Source of the DNA: Octopus bimaculoides
Taxonomy: Eukaryota
NCBI RefSeq assembly: GCF_001194135.2
Contig: NC_068988.1
Location: forward strand, 44,273,395 to 44,308,358
Length of the DNA stretch: 34,964 nucleotides
Direction: 5' to 3'
Within the stretch, counting starts at the first letter, position 1, and every line of letters begins with the position of its first letter. Positions 21,405-32,511 of this stretch are shown in pieces. The position numbers and the translations under genes were made by a program. The notes beneath the pieces were generated by a model that was not told the origin of the DNA, made no database searches, and saw nothing but the letters and a program-made list of their open reading frames with translations.

Positions 21405-21830
21405 AGTGTGAAAAGTACATTGTATGATATTTGTGTACGAAATGTTATACTGTATGGTAGTGAGCTGTAATCTTTTTGAAGACTAGAAAAAATAAAATTA
21501 GCATATTTTGCTGGATGTGTAATGCTGGTGTCAATATGTGGCAAAGTATGAATGGGCTGAGAGAAAATCTAGGTATAAGAGATATCTAATGTAGTGAACA
21601 AAAAGGAAAGATAGCACTGGTATGGGTGTGTGATGTGTTGCATAAAGGAACACCAAATACTCAAAGTGAATGAAACTTGTTGAAAAGGGAGTCTGAGGAA
21701 AACTTAGGGCAAATTGGTGCTGAATGACCTCAAAATATTGCATCTCATGAAGTAGATGACACAGGACCATGTTAATTCTTGGTACATTGTACAGAAAAAC
21801 TTGGCCATCCATGCAGGCATAGCAAACTTG
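21405..21830 (+). mobile_element. Ancient RTE ORF C-terminal remnant with stops and frameshifts
   Basis: VKSTLYDICVRNVILYGSE...WMCN...LRENLGIRDI...HWYG...GSLRKT*...NDLKIL...MTQD matches the pattern of RTE C-termini (YGSETW, LRWYGHV, GRPRKTW). Confidence 0.75.
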
Positions 21831-22692
21831 TTAAACGAAGACTGATGGAAGCTGGAGTATACGATATAAATCCACATCTGAGCATTTTACCTATTTGTAC
21901 CTGGTAAATTTACCCAGCTGTCGTTCTTCCTTATTTGATGCTCTCTCATCTCTCTACCACCCATCCCCTATTCACTGTATCTTATCAGTTGTAGAATGAC
22001 AGAAACATTATATCTTCCCATACTCAATTCCATCGTGTTACCATAATTGATATATCTCTATTCTTCACCCCCTTCTGTCACATTGTATGAATAACACTTG
22101 TTAGTATCCAATATACTCAATTCTTTACAGTAACGTAATTTCCCCATTAATCAGGTATCATGAAGGAGAAGTGACATTAATGGCAGCCATATATTTACAG
22201 GTAGGGAAAGAGAGAAAGAGAGAGAGGGAGGAAGATGGAGGTGTATCCAATGCCAAGATTCCAATATCAATGGCATTCTCTCTCCATTTCTAAATTGGCA
22301 ACTATGACTCTCTTTCCACCTACTGTTACCTTCCTCAACAGCTTTCATTGATATCCATCACACTCACAAACATACTCTCACCACCAGTGACCACTTTCTC
22401 TCTCTCTCGCACCAGCATTTAATACCTGCCTCTCATAATGGTGCCTGAGTAACAAGGGATTGCATCAGATCTGTTGGTATCTGATACACCTCAATCGCTC
22501 TCCCCCTCTCTTTCTCCTACCAATAAATATATAATTGCTATTAATATCTCTCATCTTTCACGATGCCTGATGGACGAGGGATTACACTGGATCCAATACA
22601 TCCACTCCACCAACTTCCAGTTCCTCTTCCTCATGTACTCATCACTCTCTTGGCCATGTCCACTACTCATTACTTATTCCCTCTCCACCAAG

Positions 22693-22820
22693 GTCTACTT
22701 TGCTTTTCATCCTTTCAAGGGTGATAAATTAACGTATTAGTCAAGTACTGGGGCTGATTTAATCAACTTGCTCCCAACCCCTCAAAATTGCTGGCCTTAT
22801 GCCAAAATTAGACAGTATTA
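22693..22820 (+). mobile_element. Nin/Deu-domain SINE 3' fragment
   Basis: ACTTTGCTTTTCATCCTTTCAAGGGTGATAAATTAA...ACTGGGG...GCTGGCCTT. Confidence 0.75.
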
Positions 22821-22824
22821 ATAT

Positions 22825-23231
22825 GGAGTGGCTGTGTGGTAAGTAGCTTGCTTACCAACCACATGGTTCCGGGTTCAGTCCTACTGCGTGGCACCTTGGG
22901 CAAGTGTCTTCTACTATAGCCTTGGGCTGACCAAAGCCTTTGTGAGTGGATTTGGCAGACGGAAACTGAAAGAAGCCCGTCATATATATGTATATATATA
23001 TATATGTATGTGAGAATATGTTGTGTATCTGTGTTTGTTCCCCAACATCGCTTGACAACCGATGCTGGTGTGTTTAGGTCACCATAACTTAGCGGTTCGG
23101 CAAAAAGAGACCGATAGAATAAGTACTAGGCTTACAAAGAATAAGTCCTGGGGTCGATTTGATTTGACTAAAAGCGGTGCTCTAGCATGGCCGCAGTTAA
23201 ATAACTGAAACAAGTAAAAGAATAAAAGAAT
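22825..23231 (+). mobile_element. Full-length tRNA/CORE-type SINE
   Basis: A-box TGGCTGTGTGGT, B-box-like GGTTCAGTCC, CORE-like ACCTTGGGCAAGTGTCTTCTAC, internal (TA)/(TG) tract, AATAAAAG-type tandem tail. Confidence 0.92.
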
Positions 23232-23257
23232 GAACCTGCAAATCTTTTTATTTTCAG

Positions 23258-23430
23258 AAGGTAGGGTGGATACAGTGATTTATATCGACCCAGTACTTGA
23301 CCAGTATTTATTTCATCAATCGCTGAAGGATGAAGAGCACAATCTGCATTGGCAGGATTTGAACTAAGAACAACCTGGAAACTAAATATTGCAATGCTTA
23401 TTACTCATTCTGACAACCACTACACTTAAA
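23258..23430 (-). mobile_element. Old Nin/Deu-domain SINE
   Basis: ATCGACCCAGTAC...GAAGGATGAAGAGCA...GGATTTGAACT is the reverse of the family core and B box. Confidence 0.6.
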
Positions 23431-23899
23431 TGATTGTCACTTGGTGACAACAAATGTTGGAGAGAAGATGTTTCACGAAGCAACATTTTATAACTTATGG
23501 AAACGTTCTTCTTGGTATGTCATTTATGCATCGTTTAGTTGTTATTGTATTCACATAGGATCCAATTATTAAACTTCTTTAGTTGTTTGCATATCTTTTA
23601 AATAGTCTGAAATTGTTAGAATGCCAACAACCAATACTTGAGTGATTTCTCAAACAGTTTGGCATATATTTTCTTCCCTTAACATCTTCACTAGATAATT
23701 TATAACAACTGTAACATATCACTTTACCTTTCTTCATTTCCATTTTTGTCTTTGAGATCTTCCATCTCCATTGTAAAACTTTTGAAAGAAATGCTGCAGT
23801 ACACATAGTATACGTTTGAAAGTGGTATTGCAGCAAAATACAATGTCATGTTAGAAAATGATGTATAAATCATTTTGCATCTTTTATATTTGAAAGCTG

Positions 23900-24245
23900 G
23901 CATTGGCTGACTGGTTAAGCTGTTCGCTTCTCAACCACATTGTTTTGGTTCAGTTCTACAGTAAAATAGTTTGGGGAAGTGCCTCTTACTATTGTCCTGA
24001 GCCTACTAAGGCTTTGTGAATGCATCTAATAGGTGGGAACTGAAAGAAGCTGGTCATATAGGTAGGTATGTATATGTGCGTGTGTGTGCATGTGTTTGCA
24101 CTTCTTTGTCTTGACTTCACATGACAGTTGTAAATAAGTATCACTGTCGTACAAGCGGTGTCAGAGTTTCTATAAAAAATCTCCAGTCATGAGGAAATAT
24201 GACCTTGCTTGGAAACATATGAGGGTTGAGATAGGAAGGACATTT
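23900..24245 (+). mobile_element. Old SINE with a CORE-type head and an RTE-like 3' end
   Basis: Head resembles 22825-22980; the end GAGGGTTGAGATAGGAAGGACATTTCCA resembles GAGTGGTTGGCGTTAGGAAGGGCATCCA at 19805-19832. Confidence 0.6.
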
Positions 24246-24624
24246 CCAAGCCTCAGAAAGTGAGAGCAAATCTATTATATTTCTCTCTCTCTCTTTCTAT
24301 CTCTCTCTCCCTCTCTCCCTCTCTATGCACACACGTAAACATGTATAAAGAGGAAGAGCTTTTTTTTTAGATATATATTGAAAATAACTGTTCTAGTTCT
24401 ATCATCGGATCCTTTCCTTTTGAACAGCAGATGGAGAAATTAATTTTTTGTAACTAAATACTTTCAAACTTCAGACACTGGTAGCATGTGTCATATAAAA
24501 CATCTTTTACTCTTAATGTCCTTGAGAAAACAGGAAAAAAATGAAGTGTAAAAGTTTCTACTACCATAACAAATGCTTTTGCATATTACCGACAAATTTA
24601 TAGAGAGCAAAAAAAAAAAAAAAA

Positions 24625-25007
24625 CTTCTTCTAAGCAAACAACTCTAGACTTGTTTTTTAAAAAGAAATCTACAAGTCCATCTATGAGTGCTTGTGAATC
24701 AGCGATTGCATCTACAAGTGCACAAGTCTAGTGTGAGTGAAAGTGATTCAGAAAACGATTGTAATAGTAATATTTTTTTAAATTATAAATGATCTTGTCA
24801 TGCTTTTTACTTTACATAAAATATTCTTTACATTCTACTGTTGTTTTATTGCCATTTATTTACAAGTATTATAAATTTTACAGGTAAAATATTCCTCTGG
24901 GAACGAATTAACATTGCTACTATGGGAAATTATTGCTCTGTTTTATGAGTTTTCACTTTACAAGTGGTCTCTGGGAACAAATTAACTTGTATGTTGAGGC
25001 ATTACTG
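24625..25007 (+). mobile_element. pogo/Tigger-like 3' remnant
   Basis: KQTTLDLFLKR peptide, twice-repeated GGAACRAATTAAC, terminus GAGGCATTACTG|TA. Confidence 0.5.
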
Positions 25008-25074
25008 TATTTATTAATAGAGGCGTAAGTAGTATTTCATAGTTGAGAATTCTGGTGTGGCTGTTTTTATTTTA

Positions 25075-25470
25075 TTTAATTTTTTTGTTGTGTGTTTCAG
25101 TCATTGGACTCCAGCCACACTGGGGCATTGCCTTGAAGGGGTTAGTTGAGCAAATCGTCTCCACTATTTGTTTTAAAGTCTAGTACTTATCCTATTGTCC
25201 TTTTATGCCGAACTGCTAATGTTACGAGGCCTTAAACAAATTGACACAGGTCGTGAAGTGTTGGTGGTGGTAGTGGCAAGGGTGAGGTGAGCGGACACAA
25301 ACATGAAAACACATACACATATATGACAGACTTTCATAAGGATTTCTGTCAACCAAATTTGCTCACAAGTCATTGATTGACTTGGGGCTATAGTAGAAGA
25401 AACTGTGCACTGGGACTGAACCCAAAACCATGTAGTTGCAAAGCACACCATTTAACTACACAGTCACACT
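25075..25470 (-). mobile_element. Diverged full-length CORE-type SINE; donor of the 183-bp duplication
   Basis: Collinear with 17775-18188 but heavily mutated. Confidence 0.8.
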
Positions 25471-25474
25471 CACA

Positions 25475-25557
25475 CACACATGCATGCACCTATGTATGTA
25501 GTATGCATGCATGCATGAATGCATGTATGCATGTATGTATGTATGTATGTATGTATG

Positions 25558-25593
<36 letters not shown>

Positions 25594-25595
25594 TG
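25475..25595. repeat. (ATGC)/(ATGT)n microsatellite
   Basis: Seen directly. Confidence 0.95.
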
Positions 25596-25687
25596 AAAAA
25601 GGTGAATTAGCCCCTGAGATTCAGTGTGGAAAATTACATCAATACACCAAATTTTAAGATTTTCACTAAACTTTAAAATTTCCACAG

Positions 25688-25753
25688 GTGCAGCCAAGCA
25701 GAAAAGATATTGGTGTACCTTTGAACAATTTGAGAAATTATGGATTTCATTTT
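25688..25753 (+). CDS. Candidate 66-nt internal exon, product unknown
   Basis: CACTAAACTTTAAAATTTCCACAG|GTGCAG...CATTTT|GTGAGT. Open as VQPSRKDIGVPLNNLRNYGFHF (phase 0) or AAKQKRYWCTFEQFEKLWISF (phase 1). Confidence 0.45.
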
Positions 25754-26357
25754 GTGAGTACGCCTACTGTTTGCTGCTATTCTACTTGAAAAATATCAAG
25801 TTCTGAGATAAATTGAGTCTGTTAAAGTATCAAAACTTTTGAGTTGATGGCATCAGGGACCATCATCTCACAGACCATAGATGTTTCTACCTTACTGGCA
25901 AACTTCTTAATTCTCAATGGTTATGCCATCTATTATGAAGAGCCAAGTATAAAGTAAAAGCTTGCCACAATAAATAACAGGAATTTTGTAAAATAAACAA
26001 GTATTTTATTATCTAGGTGTAATGAGCTCAAACTCCACTTTTATGCTTCACTTGGAGACCAGTGGATTCTACCCAATTGCCACTGTTATGATAATCTGCA
26101 TGAATACTGTCTTCAGCAGGAACTCAATGACACACAAAGAATTCTGTGTTTCCATAGTAGTTTATTATGCATGATTAATGAATGTAATATTTAGCTAGGT
26201 AAGAACATTTGTGTAAGTTTTATGGAATGAATGATAAATCGCATTATAAGATTCAAAGCTTTTCTATTATCATTAACGATATTAATAAAGTAAATCAATA
26301 GATATGAATTATAGATATGTTTTGATCAGTACTGATTAACACTTAAATGTATATATA

Positions 26358-26535
26358 GGCACAAGCATGGCTGTGTGAATATGGAGTTCACTTCAATTCC
26401 ACGTGGTCTTTAGTTATAACTCTCTTCTTGGCATCTAGGGCAAATGTCTTCTATAGTAGCCTTGGGCCTGTCAATACCCAACTGTGAGCATAATTGATAG
26501 ACAGAAACTGCATGGAAACCTATGGCATATGTACA
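26358..26535 (+). mobile_element. Old CORE-type SINE head
   Basis: GCATGGCTGTGTG...GGGCAAATGTCTTCTATAGTAGCCTTGGGCC...GATAGACAGAAACTG. Confidence 0.7.
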
Positions 26536-26683
26536 TATGGTTTAAATGTACAGAAAACAAAAGGAAGAGACAGGTGAGGGAACAATAAGCAGATGTATAA
26601 GTTTGACAATCAAGAAAAATGGAGAAGTTTTTGATGTTTCAAACCTAGGCTCTTCAACAGAAAGGGATGAGAAGGAAAAAATG

Positions 26684-26689
<6 letters not shown>

Positions 26690-26768
<79 letters not shown>

Positions 26769-27680
26769 GTCGGAATTAACAGTTCCACATATTGAAATGA
26801 ACAGAAGGAAGAGGCCAATGGAAGGGGAAATAACAGCGGCCTGGTTAAACTGGGATGCACGAACGTATGTGTGTATGTGAAAAAGGTGTGTGAGAGTGTA
26901 TATGCGTGTGTGAAGCGGGGAGGAGGAGAGCACGTGTGTGTGTGCGTGTGCATATGGAAACGTGTATGTATATGTGTATAAATAAACAAGTATAATACGT
27001 GTGCTAGGTAGAGTGATGTATGGTCTGTGTATTTATGAGGACGTGTGTATAGGTGTGGGAGTGTGTGAAGTTGTATATAGTTTGTATATGAAGTTATCAC
27101 GTGTGTGCACACAAGTGCACGTGTGTATCAGCTAATGTGTGCATGAGTGAGTAGCGTGCATTTGTGCTTGTGTGTGTGTGTTTGTGCATCAAGAGTGTGT
27201 GTGTGTGACACTGTAGTGTGCATGTACATTGTGTGTGTTTATGAGTGAATATTGTATGTGTTTATGCATGTTGTGGGCGTGTGTATTATGTGTGTGTATG
27301 CGTGAATATTGTGTATGTATATGCGAGTGTATGTATATGAGCGGGTGTAGTCACTGTAACCAGTTAGTGCATGTGTGTGAATGGGGCTGTTGGATAAAGT
27401 GTGTGTGTATATGGAGTTGATGTGTGTGTGTGATGTTCTGTGTATGTGTGTTAGGACGGCTGTATGTGTGTATGAGGCCATGTGACATATATGTGAGTGT
27501 TGTGGGGGAAATGTATGGAGGCACGGGGTGGGATAAAGTGATAGGAGGTGCTTGGTGTTAGTGTATGTGGAGTGGGAAGTAGTGTGTGCGCGTGTGAGTG
27601 TGTGTCGGTGTTTGCTTAATGGTGTGTATGACTTGGATACTGAGTTAAACGGTATACAGATGTGTGACAAACATACATAA
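26690..27680. repeat. (GA)n tract (about 26690-26765) followed by a degenerate GT-rich field
   Basis: Seen directly. Confidence 0.92.
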
Positions 27681-27834
27681 ATACATAAATATATACATGT
27701 GCAACGTCTTATTGAATCGTTGAGCAGTAAACAGTGATGCTATGTTGTCATTCACTGTCAACAAATCGTCCTCCAGCTCTGTGTTTTCTAAAACTGAATA
27801 AAAGAACCTTTATTTAAAAAAATGAAAAAGAAAA

Positions 27835-27915
27835 CGAATGGCGACTGGAAGGGCATCCGGTTGTGAAACAAGTCTTCAATAAGTGTTCATCTAACCCATG
27901 CTAGCATGGAAAAAC
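27835..27915 (+). mobile_element. RTE-type 3' terminus fragment
   Basis: GGCGACTGGAAGGGCATCCGG...AACCCATGCTAGCATGGAAA. Confidence 0.75.
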
Positions 27916-28085
27916 AAACATAAACCCGACGAGTGACCGAATGAATAGACACACACATACACACACACAATGGTTTAGCAAATAAATAAGACGAAGAAAA
28001 TGTTATTAGTTGAAATGGCCTTTTGCTTTATCGTTACAATGTAAGATGCAACTTCTTCAAGTTGTTGTACAATGATTATTTGCAG

Positions 28086-28121
28086 TTCTATTATCCAGTC
28101 TCTACTCAGTTAGCTTCATCT
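28086..28121 (+). CDS. Candidate 36-nt internal exon
   Basis: TGATTATTTGCAG|...TCATCT|GTGAGT. Open as FYYPVSTQLASS (phase 0) or LLSSLYSVSFI (phase 1). Confidence 0.3.
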
Positions 28122-28549
28122 GTGAGTGACTGCTAGAAGACGGATAGAAAAGGAAAGAGGTAGAGAAGGAGCAAAATCATTTGCCTCACTGTTTTGACAA
28201 ATAGAAAGGGCGAAAATTGTGTAGTGGTGCAGTGTCAATCCATAAGTGAAAGACGTACTCTTTGGGGCTGACACCAATCGAAAGAGGTTGAAACGATTTT
28301 GGGTTCTGTATTTATATTTTTTCTAACTAAATTAAGTCAGGTTAAACAAAGGATTTTCTGTTCCCTATCTGTCTTGACCTAAGCTTGACTCAAAATAGTT
28401 AGTTAAAGAATAGAACTTAGCCATATGTGATCAGTGACTCTCATAAATTTCTAAGTACAAAAGCCGAGAACAATAGGAAAGAACTTACTTATAGAAAAAT
28501 GTCGATTTGATTTCGAATCCTGGCTTAGAACCTAGGAAGCTATTCGTTT

Positions 28550-28648
28550 TACACACACACACACACACACANNNNNNNNNNNNNNNNNNNNNNNNNNNNN
28601 NNNNNNNNNNNNNNNNNNNNNNNNNNNNNNNNNNNNNNNNNNNNNNNN

Positions 28649-28707
<59 letters not shown>
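28550..28707. repeat. (CA)n spanning a 77-N gap
   Basis: Seen directly. Confidence 0.97.
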
Positions 28708-28709
<2 letters not shown>

Positions 28710-29589
28710 TCCTATTTTCGTCTCTTCCTCAAAACATGCCAGTTTATAAATTTAGACAGTAACAAAATATAATTTTACGAATTTCCTGGCTCTTCAATAT
28801 TCATTCACTCTTCTGCTTTTCACAGTGATTATAGCAAGACACTATCAAAGTTACTTCTAGTTTGTATGTACAATGACACAAAACTTTTCATGAAACAGAT
28901 TTTTTGATCTGATTGCACATATGAGTCATTGCGAAAAAGGAAATGTCGGAGTGCTCTTATCTCATTAATCCTCGACCTTTTGTGCAGCTTAACATTATAC
29001 ATCTAATAGATCATGCTTGTGTAATTTGACCCCAGCCTCCGAAGATTTCTACATTCACAACTCATGCCATTCAGTATTATTCAATACAGCACTTCTCATA
29101 CATACCCCATACTGTCTACGTTTTATACCCATGTTACCAACAAAAGCTACAACATCATGAATTTCTTTTAATTATTTATTGAGGGAATTCTTAAGAAGGT
29201 CACGGATTTTATTTCATGGATGCTCTTCCGCTTAACTACTTATATGAATCTATCGCATTTGAGTTTCTAATTCTTTGTTAACATACCAGAAATCCAACAC
29301 TTCTTTTGTTTCCCCGTTGTTCCTTTGAGAATATAGTATGAAATTCTAGGCGATTAAACCAGCTTTGGAACTTTTTGAAACATTATTTCCTATTCTGTTA
29401 TGAGAATTAACGTATCAGCAAATAAAATTCACAAGAACAACTAATCCCGAACACTTAAATTATAAAGTCAAATAATATAATGAAGAAGCTTATCCAACGT
29501 AACACAATCTGGAATTAATTATCCTACAATTCTGTTATTTTCACAGACGGTAAGATTCAACAGATATATAATGAGAAATGTTCCCACCA

Positions 29590-29772
29590 TTATCCTATTG
29601 TCCTTTTATGCCGAACTGCTAATGTTACGAGGCCTTAAACAAATTGACACAGGTCGTGAAGTGTTGGTGGTGGTAGTGGCAAGGGTGAGGTGAGCGGACA
29701 CAAACATGAAAACACATACACATATATGACAGACTTTCATAAGGATTTCTGTCAACCAAATTTGCTCACAAG
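29590..29772 (+). repeat. Exact 183-bp direct copy of 25187-25369
   Basis: Base-by-base comparison shows no mismatch; offset 4403 bp. Confidence 0.97.
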
Positions 29773-29787
29773 CCATTTTTTTTTCAG

Positions 29788-29839
29788 ATATAGTGTCTTG
29801 GCCTACGGCATCAAAATGTGTCGTTTTTAAAGATATGGT
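29788..29839 (+). CDS. Candidate 52-nt exon, phase 1 to 2 (IVSWPTASKCVVFKDM)
   Basis: TTTTTTTTTCAG|AT...ATGGT|GTAAGT. Only one frame is open, and its end phase fits the next exon. Confidence 0.4.
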
Positions 29840-30007
29840 GTAAGTTGAAGGGGATTTAACACGCAGAGTGATCACGTTTAAGTTCCTTTGTTGGCCCAAA
29901 GAAACTTACTTGTTGTCTGAAAAGAAGGAAGTTGTTGCTGTTGCAGGTGAGGTTGCTTAATAATGAATAAGGGTGTTCACTTCTGACTCCACCCTTACGT
30001 TTTGCAG

Positions 30008-30079
30008 TATTGATATGATGGGCGTCGGTCCTGTCGATACAACTCTCTCATGTGCTGATTCTATGCGACACCAAGAAAG
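30008..30079 (+). CDS. Candidate 72-nt exon, phase 2 to 2 (IDMMGVGPVDTTLSCADSMRHQE)
   Basis: CTGACTCCACCCTTACGTTTTGCAG|T...GAAAG|GTAATA. Single open frame; GC and CpG higher than the flanks. Confidence 0.5.
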
Positions 30080-30406
30080 GTAATAGTGAAGTCAATTAAA
30101 TTCATAGAATACCACAGAAAATCATTAAAGAGGGAGAGAGAAAGATGTAATGTGATAGAGAGAGGTAAATAAAACAAATTAGCAATGTTTCTAAGATAGA
30201 AGTCAGACACGTTCATGAAAGAGCTGTAATCATTCAGGCAATAGCTGAACTAAAATGATTCGTTAACAGTATACCATATTGTTATAAGAATCTTATGGTG
30301 GTGGTGGTGGTGTTAGTCGGGTCTGTCTGCAACCACGGTCAAAGATATTGAAATTTCTAGCGATTCACAAAACACCATCAAACACTCATGCATGCACACG
30401 CACGCA

Positions 30407-30438
<32 letters not shown>

Positions 30439-30714
30439 CAGAGCAATAAAATTTGCAGAGTTAGTGTGATATATATTTTATAGCTATGTAACCCATGGAT
30501 CTTCTAGATTTAGAAAGACGATTTAGAGTGTAGATTAAACTAAAGAAGTAATGCTTTATTTGGGGAGGTAGGGCTTCACTAAGTAATTAAATGCACTGTG
30601 TGTGTGAGTGCGTGTGTGTGTATGAGAATTTTAGACGGGATGGCAATCATCCAGAAAGATTTAGGTTCAATATCAGGATGGATAATTTAAATTGGCTTTC
30701 TAATCAAACACAAT

Positions 30715-30880
30715 CATAATTGTGAAGTTAAGTAGTTCATTTTACAACTACGTGACTTCTAGTTCGATTCCACAATGAAGCCCAGTATGCCCAGTATGTA
30801 AGGGCCTTCTATCATAGTTTCAGGTCATTCAAAGTCTTATGATGAAAATTTGGTAGACAAAGACTGCACAAAATTCTGTC
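30715..30880 (+). mobile_element. Very old CORE-type SINE head
   Basis: GTTAAGTAG...CTAGTTCGATTCCAC...CTTCTATCATAG...TTTGGTAGACAAAGACTG. Confidence 0.5.
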
Positions 30881-30889
30881 GGATGACCA

Positions 30890-31220
30890 GGGTAAAGGGT
30901 AAAACGAATGACCATGGGATTGAACCTAGAAAGTTACCCTATGAGGCACAAGTCTAGGCAAGGTTGTTTTTATGGAAGATCAGCAGTCACCCATGCATAC
31001 CAGCCTCCCTTTCTCCACGCCACCGATGTTATTTAAGGGAAAGGCAAAGGCAAAGGCCAATACAGTTTGACACCAGTGACATCGCGACTCATTTCTACAG
31101 TTGACTGAACTGAATTAAAGTCTGTTGCTCAAGAACACAATACACAGCCCAGTCCGGGAATCGAACTCACAACAACATGATAGTAAGCCCGATTCTTTAA
31201 CCACTGAGCCATGCACCTTC
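30890..31220 (-). mobile_element. tRNA-derived SINE sharing its head with the 10083 family
   Basis: Minus strand GGTGCATGGCTCAGTGGTTA (A box)...GAGTTCGATTCCCGGACTGGGC (B box)...TGTGTTCTTGAGCAA. Confidence 0.8.
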
Positions 31221-32511
31221 TGTTCTTAATTGATGGACATAATCTATGGCCCGCTTTAATCCTACATCCAATTACTCGTGTAGTTTTATCTGATCCCAGT
31301 CTGTTGCAAGTATTCAAGTCAGCTCTCTGGCCCGAGGATAATTTCTTCCCTTCCTATCAGCATCGTTGAGGTCCCAAGGAAAGACCTTCTGTTTTGTCCT
31401 TTCCCTTCTGACTAAGAAAACAAAAAATAAAACGAACACCCCCCCCCCGCCAAAAAACAAAAACAAAAAACATGTGGTTACCATTTTCAATATGAGCTTA
31501 ACTTTGCTGCTGTTTTATAGATATTATATATTACAGAAGTTTTCTTACTAAGACATTGAGTCATTTTATTTCATATGGTTATATGCTTGAGGAGTTCTCT
31601 TCAAAACCGTTTGATACCTTTGCATGACAACTTGCTTAAGTATCTTCTACCATAATCTCGTGATGACCAAACTTTGTTAATGGACGGAAAATGTGTAGAA
31701 GAATGTATGTGTATATACATATGTGCGCATATGTTACTTTTTTAATTGCAAAGAAGGTACGAATTTCTAACAAAGAAACAAAGCCCCGTTGCTCCAATTT
31801 GGATGGCAAAAGCGTTAAGTATAACATGTTGGACTTCAGAAAAACCTCACATATTTTTTTCCCTTCTGCTTACTAATAGTATTTATAATGTGTATAGTGT
31901 TGCTTTCCTTACCTGAAAATCCTAGCTTTTCAAAATTCTCACTTTATTATTAACTAAGCCAATGCACAAATAATTAATGGTATAAATGTGAAATTAGAAT
32001 TGAGGTAGAAAACCTGAAGTTTGAATCAGTTGACCATAAATATTTTTGTTACTGATTTTAGAAGAAATGCTTGCAACTACAAAGCAATTGACTTCTTTGA
32101 CTGTACGTATTTTACTTTTTATCCCAGACAGCTATATCATGCATGTTATGGCAGAGGTTCTTATGGAAATGTTCCACCAATATTCCTTGTCTTATATTCA
32201 CTATGCATGTATTCACTAACAGAAGCAATGTCGATGTTTATCCTAGGGCAGACTTTCCTATAGATGGTATTGTATATTATCAAGCAACGACAGTACGCTG
32301 CAATGGAGGATAACACCTTGATAACATTATTTGGTAACATCTTCCTCAGAAACGTGTGACATGATTGACGTTTTGGTTGCGTCTTGGAAGTTTATGTAAT
32401 CGCTGCCTGTTTCATCAGTTAGGTATTTCGTAGCTATCTCATGCTCTTGGATAGCAAAAGTATAACCTGTGAAAGCGAGGCTACCCACTATGTTAATATT
32501 CCCCATCAAAA

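Noticed and set aside
21792-21902. Apparent 109-nt + exon KLGHPCRHSKLVKRRLMEAGVYDINPHLSILPICT
   Set aside because: Its start overlaps the decayed RTE C-terminus in another frame, so it is better explained as transposon remnant.
28490-28532. Minus-strand 43-nt exon candidate (GSKPGFEIKSTFFYK) with a GTAAGT donor
   Set aside because: Poor pyrimidine tract next to (GT)n, and isolated.
29910-29916. Minus-strand 7-nt microexon (CTTCCTTCTTTTCAG|ACAACAA|GTAAGT)
   Set aside because: Good splice signals, but frameshifting, with no supported minus-strand gene, and inside a predicted + strand intron. RNA-seq could revive it.
29844-29946. VEGDLTRRVITFKFLCWPKETYLLSEKKEVVAVAG, superficially like the strand before the atlastin P-loop
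   Set aside because: It is preceded by an in-frame TAA, no Walker A follows, and its phase-1 end does not fit the next exon.
31905-31925. Minus-strand TTTTCAG|GTAAGG, a possible recursive splice site or donor
   Set aside because: Weak upstream pyrimidine tract and no convincing exon.
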